Below are positions 50,501 through 61,140 of a stretch of 64,000 nt of DNA, in pieces; the stretch's first letter is position 1; each line of letters opens with the position of its first letter. Both the position numbers and the translations under genes were made by a program. The DNA lies in the NCBI GenBank assembly GCA_024704765.1, contig JAKMXF010000006.1, positions 62,795-126,794 on the forward strand, read 5' to 3'. Source of the stretch: Oopsacas minuta (lineage: Eukaryota; Animalia; Porifera). A model generated the notes under the pieces. That model was not told the DNA's origin. It worked only from the letters and a program-made list of their open reading frames with translations, and searched no databases.

Positions 50501-52624
50501 TACTATCTGTCTAACTTCACTTCATGCGAGCTTATCTATCTGAATATAGATCTGAATGGTATTAGTAGATCTCAAAGTTCTATTGAACTCTCTTGGAATA
50601 CAATATATCGTCCTATTCAAAGATTGAGTGAGATTGTGTATCAGGTGTGGATGAGAGATGTTACTTTTGAAAACGACAAAATTTTTCACTTAGTAGGAAC
50701 CACCATCAGACAACAGTTCCAGATATTGAACCTACTACCTTACAGAACTAATGAAATATACATTGTAGCTATTGATAATGATACAACTAACAAATCTAAT
50801 ACAATTACAGTACAGACACTAACTGGTATACCCAGTACATCTCCTTCATTGACCGCAATAAGTACAAATCCAATAACGATAAGGTTGAATCTAACTCTCC
50901 CAAGTAGAGAGACACGAAATGGAATAATAACCGGATATAGCATTATGTACACTAGAGTAGAAGAGCTCACCTACAACCATGTACAGACAAATGGCCTAGT
51001 ACAGACATTTGACATTATTGATCTATCTCCATACTCTATGTACAAGTTTAGAGCAGCAGCCATGACATCAGCCGGTACAGGTGTTTACACAGAATATGTG
51101 TATGCCCGAACTATGGAGAGCATTCCTACAGGAACTCCAGATATCATATTCCTAGGAAAGTCTGAGAGTTCGCTCTTTCTCCAAATGTTACCACCTGATG
51201 TATCAGAAGAAATCAATGGAGTAATCACATTCTACACGGTAACATACAAAGGAACAGTGATTGATACAGATCTCAATGTCAAAGAAGTATTAGTTGAATC
51301 AACAGATTTCTTAACTCCCATCAAAGTAAACCTAACTGGCCTTGAAGAAGGAGTTGAGTACCAAATACAAGCTAGGATTAGTACATCTGTAGGAGGGGGT
51401 CCATACTCTTCTGCTGTTACAGTAACAACAATAGAAACTGCTCCTACAGGTCCTCCTCTACAATTCAGGATTATTCTACAACTACCAACCATACTAACTC
51501 TGTATTGGACTCCTCCTGAACTAGAATTACAGAATGGTGTCATCACTGGATATTACATACATTATCATGGTGTATATATTGATACTCAAGAGATTTCCTT
51601 CACAACTCAATCTTTGTATGTGAATCTGACTAATTTGGAAGAAGGAGCTCTCTATGAGATATCAGTATGTGCTCTAAGTGCAGCTGGAGAGGGACCTTGT
51701 GTGGAATCAACTAATCGTACAAGAGAGATACCCCTAGGACAACCTCCACAGAATGTACAGGTAGAAGTGAATGGAGCTACTTCCATCCTCGTTTGTTGGG
51801 ATAATTTGTTGAAAAGTGAAGAGAATGGAATAATATTGAACTATGTGATTACTGCTGAAGGACAAAGTCATGACAAAAGAGTTTATGAGCGGACTGCTAA
51901 CTCTACTGCTAGATGTTATACTTGTAATAATCTACAAGAAGCCAATGAATATAGAATAAGTATGACTGCAGAGAATAGTGCTGGTACAAGTCCGTCCTCA
52001 CCAGTTATTGTGGTCATTACTGAAGAAGATATACCTTCTGCAGCTCCAATTAACATCTTTGGTATTGGGAATCAAAATGTCATTGTTCTTCTGTGGGCAC
52101 CACCTCTCCTATCAGATCAGAATGGTATTATCATAAAGTATGAAATTTGTTATTTTGGTATGATTATTGATAAAACTAAGTATCATATTCAATCAACGGC
52201 TGCTAGTGCCATTATTTCAGGTCTTGATGAAGGAGAGACTTATCACATTAAAGTACGTGCTTATACATTAAAGGGGCCTGGACCCTATTCTCTTATCATT
52301 AACATAAATACCATTGAAACTCCTCCGTCTGCTCCTCCTACTAATGTTACTCTAATTCCAACCTCTTCTACACAGCTTCTTGTTACTTGGGAAGAACCTC
52401 CTTTAGCAGATAAGAATGGAGTTATTACAAATTATGATATTACTATCTCTCCTTCTAACCGACAACTTATTCGGGTAGAAGCCTCAGTAAGGGCTTATAC
52501 TTTTAGGGATCTTGATCATGTGACTAACTACTCTGTTAGAGTTAGAGCTAGAACTCTACCAGGACCTGGTCCTTACTGTGATCTTGTTACAGCTACCACG
52601 CTAGGGAAGTCACCTGTATATTAG
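41590..52624 (+). CDS. Multi-exon mosaic extracellular protein: (partial SRCR)-SRCR-CLECT-Ig-SRCR-Ig-CLECT-CLECT-cbEGF-7xFN3; no signal peptide or TM exon found
   Basis: Exons about 41590-41679, 41791-42108, 45166-45555, 46467-46772, 47776-48087, 48277-48585, 48665-49048, 49396-49770, 50364-52604 (or readthrough to 52624). All junctions are GT-AG, phase 1 and in frame by hand check. Confidence 0.75.
41791..42108 (+). CDS. SRCR domain exon
   Basis: [40 protein letters not shown]...LNCVGSETSLLDC; ttgcag| and |gtgag. Confidence 0.85.
44457..45121. mobile_element. Foldback/MULE-like MITE with about 270-bp TIRs and 9-bp TSD
   Basis: Arms 44457 to about 44730 and about 44840-45121 are near-complementary and built from ttgatcaaa/ttcgatc units. 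TGAAAACAG at 44448-44456 and 45122-45130. Confidence 0.85.
45166..45555 (+). CDS. C-type lectin domain exon (EPN and WND motifs)
   Basis: CFSYF..SWENARQRC..WGYDLATV..CWIGLHD..EG.YVWS..YRNWNDGEPNN..EDCV..WNDLLC...YFC. Confidence 0.85.
46467..46772 (+). CDS. Ig-like domain exon
   Basis: TLFCITE...VVWSYQ...SSLRVYISRPGYYSCRV; tttag| and |gtatt. Confidence 0.65.
47776..48087 (+). CDS. SRCR domain exon
   Basis: LRLYDG..NEGILEIFHDNRWGSICDHSWD..DSKVACKQMGF...YWLDHIRCSGNEASIADCSH..W..GHCSSNEGVYLKC. Confidence 0.9.
48277..48585 (+). CDS. Ig-like domain exon
   Basis: TLYCST...IGWSF...SKLDISTSKLGYYSCYT; paralogous to the 46467 exon. Confidence 0.65.
48665..49048 (+). CDS. C-type lectin domain exon (EPN, WNV)
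   Basis: INWATAQSNCMSWGGDLASV..CWIG..YRNFYTNEPNE..EDCV..WNVTSC...YVC. Confidence 0.85.
49396..49770 (+). CDS. C-type lectin-like domain exon (no sugar-binding motifs)
   Basis: INWYSALNQCEQKGGSLASI..CWIGLND..FVWEDG..YRHF..DCVV..WLSTNC...SIC. Confidence 0.85.
49943..50318. mobile_element. hAT (Charlie-like) MITE in the receptor-gene intron
   Basis: CAGGGGTGGGCAAA / TTTGCCCATATGTG; TSD cacgatag / cactatag. Confidence 0.75.
50364..52624 (+). CDS. Calcium-binding EGF plus seven fibronectin type III repeats (single large exon)
   Basis: DINECNVANDCEQICTNTEGNYFCSC, then 7 repeats with W..P..NG.I..Y...L....Y...V.A....G.GP pattern. Confidence 0.9.
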
Positions 52625-54328
52625 TCGTATTTCTCTGTATTTCAAAAACTAACACCCCTATATCTTGTATATACTTATGTAGTATTCTAGTATATTGTTA
52701 GAAATAGGTATTTGGTGTGGTAATTATTTTTGTGTTAACTATATGATTACACATACACACGTGTAAGATACGTATATTCCCTTGTTCTGTTCCGTAACTA
52801 CAACCACATCCTTGAGGATCAGTTCAATACTATATATTATATGGTCAATACTATTCGTAAAGACCTGGGCAGCAAAAAACACCACCTTTTCTGATTATTG
52901 CCATTATTTCTAGCTGGCCATAATACATAATATATCCTAGCATAACGTAAAGCAGCTTATATTTGCGGGTTTCATGTAGTGAATGTCTCCCTATAGCAGT
53001 TTTCCTTGGAGAAATACTATATAGTCAACATAATATTCTTTTCACAATTCTCAGTAGCCCTGGGGTTGTCGGCAATCCCTAGCGACGCCTATGATTTCCT
53101 GTTTGGTATTCCATTATAACATCATGTGTAAATATAAGTTGTTCATTTTCAGTTCCTTTCTCACAAGCCTTTATCAGAGGTTGATTCTTCCTCAATTCTA
53201 CTTCTCTCTTTGTTTACGATTTTTACCAAAATTGTCTTCGCCGATAAGATAAACTGTCACCATCACCTTGTGAATATGTATGTTATCTATAATTATAAAT
53301 CCAAACAATGAAGTTATATAAGTATCTGGATATCTGTATATATGTAAATGAGGCCTCAATAAAATTATCAGTGTAACCATGGCTGCCTCTAATGACCAAA
53401 AGGCGGGATCTCGGGAGGTTAGCCATTTTTGGCGGGAAATTGAATAAAAGCCTTATAATGAAAGTACTAAGAGCGTGCTCACACAGGGACGTCGCCAGGA
53501 TTCTTTACCTAAGAAGACAGGACGAGGGGCAATGTGCTTTCAAGAGTTTAGCAGGAGACATGCCAAGTGGCTGATCTATAAATTTCTAGTTGGGTATAAC
53601 CATCCAACTAGTTAGCGTCGTCGTGTGGCCTTGAAACCTGGGAGAGCACAAGTTCAATCTATTGAGCAATAAGTTCTAGATGAGGGATCCTGTAAACAAT
53701 CAGTAAAGACTGTCCAAGAACGAAACCTATCTTAAGAAATAACGTTTGGTTTGCAATTTGCCCAGAAAGTTGAGATTTTTCTGGACGAAAATCCAATCAA
53801 ACATCACGCAAGTTTGTGTTCCCTATCTTACTATTCGAAAAGGAACACGATAATTTTACTTCCTTTTAACCATCCTTTTTCACGTCATAAAATGGTATAT
53901 TTTCCCGGCCGTATTCGGTTAATGCAGTACGCGACAAGTAATTCTCACTGATATCATATACATATTCTCTACAGGAAGTATGTCCATTAATTGACAGAGA
54001 TACAGACAATTGGGAGATTAACAATTTACTGTATTGGAGAGGGGCAAATAAACTATAATCTGACCAATCCTTATCAGATATTTATGATTAATGTGAAACA
54101 TTTCATGTTGTTATTCATTATTGCTTTGATTTGTATTAATTATATTTTATACAAAGTTTATCAAATTAGTTTTGTAACATAACTAAAGTGATTATCTGTC
54201 AAATTTCGAAATTCTATCTATAGGATTATATTGACAGATGGTTAGAAGCAATACAATTCTATCCAATCGATTAGGTATAAAATGAAATGTATAATGAATA
54301 AGTTATTTATGAATAAACAAATTGTACA

Positions 54329-54892
54329 ATGGGAAAAGCAGTAAGCAAGTCTAATAAGAAATCGCATAAGGCAGCAAGCAAGCAAAACGTGTTATTGCTG
54401 GGACTTAGTAGGAGCGGGAAGAGCACGTTAGTAGCGCGGTTGCTGTCTGAGAAGATATCAGAGTATAATCCAACAGAAGGGTTTAATCTAGTCAACTATT
54501 CTAGAGAAGATGATACAGGGTCATGTTTAAATTTATGGGATTTAGGTGGGAGTAAGCTGGATAGAATTGGCTGGCAGTTCTTCTACCCTGTTACAGATGG
54601 GATTATGTACATAATAGATAGCGAAGATAGATATCATTTAGAGGAAAACAAAAGACAACTAAACCTTATACTTAATAATAATATATTACAGAAAGTCCCA
54701 CTTGTGATTGTAGCAAACAAACAGGATATAGAGGGAGCAATAGATGAGACAGAAATAAAGAGTCTGTTAGAATTGAATAATGCATCGAATATGCTTTGTG
54801 GGATATTCGGCACAAGTCAGTCTATTGAGAGTTCAATAGCTTCATGTCTGCATACACTAGTCAATGAAATGGAAACAAAACACATTCGTTAA
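54329..54892 (+). CDS. ADP-ribosylation factor-like (Arf/Arl) small GTPase, divergent, intronless, 187 aa
   Basis: Myristoylation motif MGKAVSK; G1 GLSRSGKS; G2 PTEGFN; G3 WDLGG; G4 NKQD; Arf-like blocks WQFFYPVTDGIMYIIDS.D and PLVIVANKQD. Confidence 0.9.
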   Translation: MGKAVSKSNKKSHKAASKQNVLLLGLSRSGKSTLVARLLSEKISEYNPTEGFNLVNYSREDDTGSCLNLWDLGGSKLDRIGWQFFYPVTDGIMYIIDSEDRYHLEENKRQLNLILNNNILQKVPLVIVANKQDIEGAIDETEIKSLLELNNASNMLCGIFGTSQSIESSIASCLHTLVNEMETKHIR

Positions 54893-55696
54893 TTCCAACT
54901 TGGAGAAATCATTAATAATTGAGATAATTTCATTTATATATATGCATTATGTTGTTGATACTAATTTACATACAAACAATATACAATAACAATATAGTGA
55001 ATTAACCTTAGCTAAATTTGGTAAATTTATGTAGACGAAGTAGTATGTACTGATTAGACATAAACTTTATTCATGTCTAATCAGTACAAGTGCTACAAGT
55101 ATAATTTCTTGTCTCGTTTTATGGAAAAGAATTTTGAGAACTTCAAGAATTAATATATGCAACTAATATGAACTATTACAATACGAATATCCTATATCAT
55201 TAAACACGGAATATTAGTCATTTGGAAATTGTAGAAAAGTAAGGGTTGTAGAAACTTATAAGGCACTGACGTATGAATACATCTATCGCCTAAGTAGCCA
55301 TGCAAAAATCTGGCAAAAACTCCCATATTCTAATAGCAATGGCATCGATCTAAAGTGTTAAAAAAGAGAATTATAATATAGACGTATGATTCAGCTTGAT
55401 AACCCTGAGAAAACCCTTAAAGTAGTTGAGTCTTATAGTATCTCTCATACGTGTGTATAGTCGGGTGTGTATTACAAATTATCAGTTTCTATATAATTAG
55501 TTTATGTTACACCACAATTGTGAAATCGTCCATTCATCAAATATACAATTACTATTACTCATCTCATCAATTGGATCCTTCAATTATCCAATTCATGAAA
55601 TGGTAGGATATGGTGATCCAATTCATGTAATGAAAATTAGTATGATATTAATTGGGGAAAGAAATATATTTTCTAATTGAGGGCGTTGCAAATAAT

Positions 55697-56413
55697 GCAT
55701 CTGTGTATTTTGATAGAATTTTTTGTAGAACTTTGATCAAAATTTCTTATGTCGAACTTTGATCGAATAATGAAAAAGGCAAATTTTGATCAAAGTTCTA
55801 CTTAAATATCTTCAGTCGAACTTTGATCGAAAAACGAGAACTTTGATCGAAACATTTTCGTGCTCCACGACACCACAATATTCAGGGTGGCACCCTGATC
55901 CCCCATGTACTGCCACAATGCACCAGAGACTCGACTGATTTCAATCTAGGACGTGCTAGCACTTTATATCTTATTAATTAGAAAGAGTACCATTGGTAGG
56001 GGATTAGGGATTTATTTCGCTACCTTATGGCTCTGGGAGTATTTATTTTTGTTCGTTATTAGTTACTAAAGGACAGGAGTGTGGAATTTATGCTAATTTT
56101 ATGATTGGATTGAGTTTTGTTGGATTGATTATTGTAAATCTTTGTAAAATAGGCGGATCGTTAGATTTTTTGTTTATTTTCTCCATTTTCTATCAAAGTT
56201 CTCACTTTTCGATCAAAGTTCTCATTTTCGCTCAAAGTTTTCGTTTTTCGATCAACGTTCTCATTTTAGATCAAAATTCGACAATTTTTCGATCAAAGTT
56301 CGACTTTGGACATTTTAGTAGGACTTTGATCAAAATTTGCCTTTTTCATCATTCGATCAAAGTTCTACATAAGAAAATTTGATCAAAGTTCTACAAAAAA
56401 TTCGATCAAAATA
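55697..56413. mobile_element. Second copy of the foldback/MULE-like MITE (inverted relative to the first)
   Basis: Starts GCATCTGTGTATTTTGATAGAA; the spacer (55975-56050) is the reverse complement of the copy-1 spacer; right end eroded. Confidence 0.8.
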
Positions 56414-58577
56414 ATCAACTTGGAATTTTTGTAATCGGTCAACTTTGGTGGTTTATAAATGATCAACGAACATATGCATTTGGTAAATAATTGTAACTTT
56501 GTGGCTGATCATTTGACAATACTATCTAGGGTTTCCAAAATACGTATTGACATCATAGCGTACCACACATGTTATCAACAACAGTAGCCAGTCCTAGGGT
56601 GCCATGACAGATCCCAAAATTCGCATACTCAACTTGGACACGGAGTAAGCGAGATTTCCAATCCTCATTCCTGATATTGAATACAATTCACAAACACAAC
56701 AGTAATCGCTTGTTCTTTCATTAATTCGATAAAAACAACACATCTTCTGCCATTAAAGTTTCAAAATACTCAAATGAAAAGGACTGGGGGGCAAGATCAG
56801 ATCCCCAACTAGGCTACTCCAGATGGACACAAATCCACTTAGCAACATTTCCAATCTTCATTCCTTATCAAGTGATCAACAACACACATAGTTTCTTATG
56901 TCGGTATCAATAGCCATTTTAATGATTATTTTTAAGTATTGTGTGTTTGAACAGATCATTAGTGACCCATGCCCATGAGCCATATAACCCATTTGACCCA
57001 TTACCCGTCAAATGGGTAGATGATAAGAAGTAGGTTGCAATCAGTGGGTTGGTTGATACACTTGATTGTTATGCACTTACGTATGTGTATTTCTGAAAAT
57101 TTTTGTAATGATACTCAAAGCTGGACAACAGAGTTGATCATCTATCAATGGATTATGGCTCATGAGTCGTAGGTTATGCATTCATAAGATGGTCGATGGG
57201 TCATTCGATTGAGATGAATCATAGTCTAGTGGGTCAAAGAACCGTCATCAAAGACCAACTGGCTCATCTGCCATTCTGAATGGACACATCCCTATCATCC
57301 AACATTTTCCACAGGCGAGGAGTATTTGGCGACTGATGTTCCGTTAATATTGGTGAAGATGCCTCATAATTCTGGTTGCCCCGAGGACTCACAATCCCTT
57401 AATCCGTCCCTGACATCCAGTACAGTGGTCCAATTATGTACTGATTATTTAGATATAATATAAATCTAACGTAACTCTGGATGAATGAAAAGGACCACAA
57501 TTGGAGTCAGCTCCATTATCAAGGCTGGAGTGCAATCCTTTTCTGTATAAAGAGCGGAGGCGGGAGCACCGCTCCAAATAATGAAGTGCCCTTAATGCTC
57601 TATAATTCATGGAGATTTTGCATTACAATTACTTAAGGTATGAAAGAACCAAAATAAAGTTAAGTAAGCACTCATCCGTACTTCAGCTGATAGGACTCTA
57701 ACTTGGGCATCCTATTTGGCTCAGGATCTTCGGTTAAACTTAAAATTCCTCAATCAATTATCCTCGTTCATGTGCATTAAATGTATAAATTTAGCTTGTA
57801 ATCTTCAGTCCGTATTCCCTATCCACAATACTGACTCTGCTTTGAAAGTTCAATGGCAGCCTGAAATCCGTCACAAACTAATACTGAAGTTATTGCTTAA
57901 TTAACTGTTATCCTTGCATTTAGTAATTCATAACTATATGACACATTTTTTCGTCCATTATTATAGATTGATATCTTATTAGTCATCTACTTTATTTACA
58001 AAAACTAGATAACTTACTATCACGTCAGATTGCATAATATCTTTTGTGATAAAATATCACAAATGATATTATGCTATCTGAATAATAGTTTAGACAATTA
58101 TTAAGTTTTGAACTCAGAGATTACTCTGATTGTGATTAGAACCAATAATCTCCCTATTTGTAATATGTAATGTTACTCTCAAATAACTTTACTATATATT
58201 TCAGTCAGCTAAATAAAAGAAATTTGTGTAAATCAGCTAAATGCAAGATGTATTTCCCTTGAAATATTTCTGTAAGCTAACTAAATTTCAACTCAGTTGC
58301 GTTGCTTTCAGATAAGTACACATATATCAATATGAATAAATATGTTTATTGTTATTTTGGTTTTCCTTTTTTCAGGTTGCGAAATATTGGTTTGCGAAAA
58401 TAATACGGCACCTAAAATACTATATGCATTGCTGTTATTCTTTCTGCAAGTGAGCTGAAAATCACTTGAAATGACTTGATTTAACTGACCGACTTGACCG
58501 AATCCATTATATTAATGAAACGTGACTCTATGGCGGGAGCTTTAGACACATTAGTATTAGCTAAAGGAATTCGTATA

Positions 58578-58733
58578 CAGTGGAACCTGCATAAACTGAC
58601 ATTTGTATAATCCGAAAACCCTCTATAATCCGGTGTGTTTCTGATCTGAAATAGGTTCCGAAGATACAAATTCACCTGTATAATCTAACAAAATGTTCAT
58701 ATCCCAATGGATCAGTTAATACAGATTCCACTG
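58578..58733. mobile_element. pogo-like MITE
   Basis: TA|CAGTGGAACCTG ... CAGATTCCACTG|TA. A related left end sits at about 31227, upstream of carboxylesterase 2. Confidence 0.7.
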
Positions 58734-59346
58734 TATAAACATATAATATAAGGATTATATACGAATATGAAAAAAATATGCTATGATGACGTGACAGGGG
58801 CGTAAACACGGCTTAGGCCTAGATCTAGCATAGATGAGAGCACAGGCATCGATTTATCCAGCAAATTGCATATACGAGTAATTTTGGTTGCTAAAATACT
58901 AGACTTAGCCCTATCTTTTGTATTTAAGAACTGACTTGATCCTGACCAGGCTATGTGAGAAATTTTGTAACCTGTATCAGCACTACAATTGCACCACAAG
59001 CAACTGGCCTCCCTGAAAGGGGAACATAAACGGGGGTGAATAAGGTTAATTAATTAAACAACATATATTTCAAAGCAAACGAACCTATAAAAGCGGAGAC
59101 TGGGGGACTCAAGCCTGGAGTCCAATCTCCCTGATTTGGGAGGTTCCACTGCATTAGGTAAAAATATTCGTATATTATCAGATATTCTAATAAAAAATTC
59201 ATACAAATCCAAAAAATATCCGCTAGGATAAATATCAATTATTTTTAGCAAAATCACTGCCAATATAGTTAAACATAAATGTAAGAATAGATGAAAGAAG
59301 GAATTTAACCATTGAATAGATACAGGTAATAGATATATCGAAAAGT

Positions 59347-60476
59347 TTACGAGATGAGAGGTTTCCTGAGAGGATTAGGGAAATGAGTCACATAACCAGT
59401 TTTACCTTGGATACGAAGCCATATAAAAACTGACATCGTATAGAATCCACTGATGATGTAAGGAATGAAAATAAGTGCGAATCCCATTACAGTACAGAAA
59501 TACTCTAGAGTTGCGAAACATGTTAGGATGTAACTAGGAATATAGCTCTTTTGCAAGCTGCATAAGGAGTAGTAATTGAAATTATCATTTGAGTTTACCA
59601 GTAACAAAATTTGGGTCCAAATTTCAATATCGTCTATTAGTAATGAAACTAATAGGAAAAATGCACCTAACCATAAAATTAGAAATAATATCCTCAGCTG
59701 TTTGTTCTCTCGTTTGAATTTATTCAATAATCTCCGATTATTTTGACTAATCTGTAGATCAACAATTGTCCAGTTAATCACCATTTTGAGTCTTCTATAT
59801 TGTTGTATTCCTAATACTAGTAACATCATCGATATAATCCAGTATAAAAATTTCATAATCAGGGCTAAGATACATACTAGCGTTGAGAGATGAGTTAATA
59901 TTAGAAATAATATAGTGAGGACGATGAAGTAAGGAATTTTGTTATGTTTAATCCAACTCTTTCTAGCGTATCTTGCTGTGAGATAATTGCAGAGACAAGC
60001 CACTAACGTTAAACTCAAAAAGAACATGTCATGTCTCAAATGATACATGTTTATGTAAATTTGGGAGTTTACTTGGAAGATACTGGAAGGAGATTCGATG
60101 CAATCAATGGAATGATTATTCGCCCTCATTGATTTGCTCTCAGAAATATAAGTAGGAATTTTTCGGTCACAAATTACAAAAATACTCACGTTAAGATATG
60201 CAATTGCTGTGGTAGCAAATGTAACAGCGAACCATTCTACGATATTGATGGAGAATAAGAATATGCTTTTGACATATTCCGTCTCTGCCAAATAATTTAC
60301 TTCCTGTTGAAATTGATCATTAGATTCATGAATCCTTTCATGTCAGATTTGTAGCATACTCTCCTCTTGATGACATTTTCCAACAAATAAATAGACCAGA
60401 ATATGAATACAAATGTGAAAACTGTAAAAAATATTGCTATAAATATAATTGAGATAATGAATTGATATTCAAACAT
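59347..60476 (-). pseudogene. Orphan seven-transmembrane (GPCR-like) gene with a single frameshift near 60336
   Basis: ATG at 60476 gives MFEYQFIISIIFIAIFFTVFTFVFIFWSIYLLE (TM1)...KSDMK. One extra A joins it to RIHESNDQFQQEVNYLAETEYVK and the 314-aa ORF with six more hydrophobic segments, an ARY after TM3 and a basic third intracellular loop; 376 aa if repaired. Confidence 0.7.
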
Positions 60477-60518
60477 TATAGTATAGAATTGATAGTTAAA
60501 GTATTAATTTATACTTAT

Positions 60519-60740
60519 CCATAGCCTACTCTACTATAAAGCCTTCTGACCTCTTGTGAATTTAGGATCAGGGACGCAGTCGGAGATGAAGGTATTTTAC
60601 GTGTAGATTCAATATTGCAAAAATGATGCATTTTTACCCGAATATATGTATTGTACACGTAAAATACCTTCATCTCCGACTGCGTCCCTGATCCAAAATT
60701 CACAAGAGGTCGGCAGGCCGTATAGTAGAGTAGGTTATGG
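60519..60740. mobile_element. Palindromic (foldback) MITE
   Basis: About 90-bp arms ccatagcctactctactata...ttttacgtgta and tacacgtaaaa...tatagtagagtaggttatgg; flanks cttat / cttac. Confidence 0.8.
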
Positions 60741-60951
60741 CTTACCGATTTATAATGCGATTTCTGCATCTGCTAGCATATGATTCCTTCAGTTTGCATA
60801 TCAACTGTACAAATCCATTTTCCTATTAGGAATGTATTCACCACAAAATGTTATAAGCCATAGGTATGGGTATTCTTACCACTTTTTTGCAATTTTGAGA
60901 TTTGTACTTTACTATTAAGACATTATTAATCTATCTATATGTATGAATGTA

Positions 60952-61140
60952 TGTTAAGCTGACAAGGAGTAATATCGTAATAAATAATGAATAGAAATAC
61001 AGGTAAGTATAGGCCACACAATAACTAAGACTATCTACTAAGCTGAATAAATGTAGCTATACGTAGCGTTTAGAAGCCCTATCGGTCTAATATTTGAGAC
61101 CACCTACCCAAAGTGCGTTAGTGCTAACATATTCATAACA
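60952..61140 (-). mobile_element. Putative 3' LTR of the Gypsy element
   Basis: On the minus strand, purine tract agagagaaggggaatgg is followed immediately by TGTTATG ... CTTAACA (TGTTA/TAACA termini). Confidence 0.5.

Noticed and set aside
12865-51546. Short ORF-track entries antisense to or overlapping actin, esterase, GH18 and FN3 exons, or inside MITEs
   Set aside because: Shadow ORFs of real coding sequence or repeats, with no protein motifs.
53150-53320. Candidate TM/GPI exon after acceptor ttcattttcag downstream of the FN3 exon
   Set aside because: In the required phase 1 it gives VPFSQAFIRG* only; the hydrophobic stretch is in another frame.
53428-53439. E2F-like site TTTGGCGGGAAA about 900 bp upstream of the Arl gene
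   Set aside because: Single motif in a GC-rich patch that may be MITE-derived; no independent support.
53615-53680. tRNA/SINE-like box B (aagttcaatct)
   Set aside because: No cloverleaf could be folded; box A poor.
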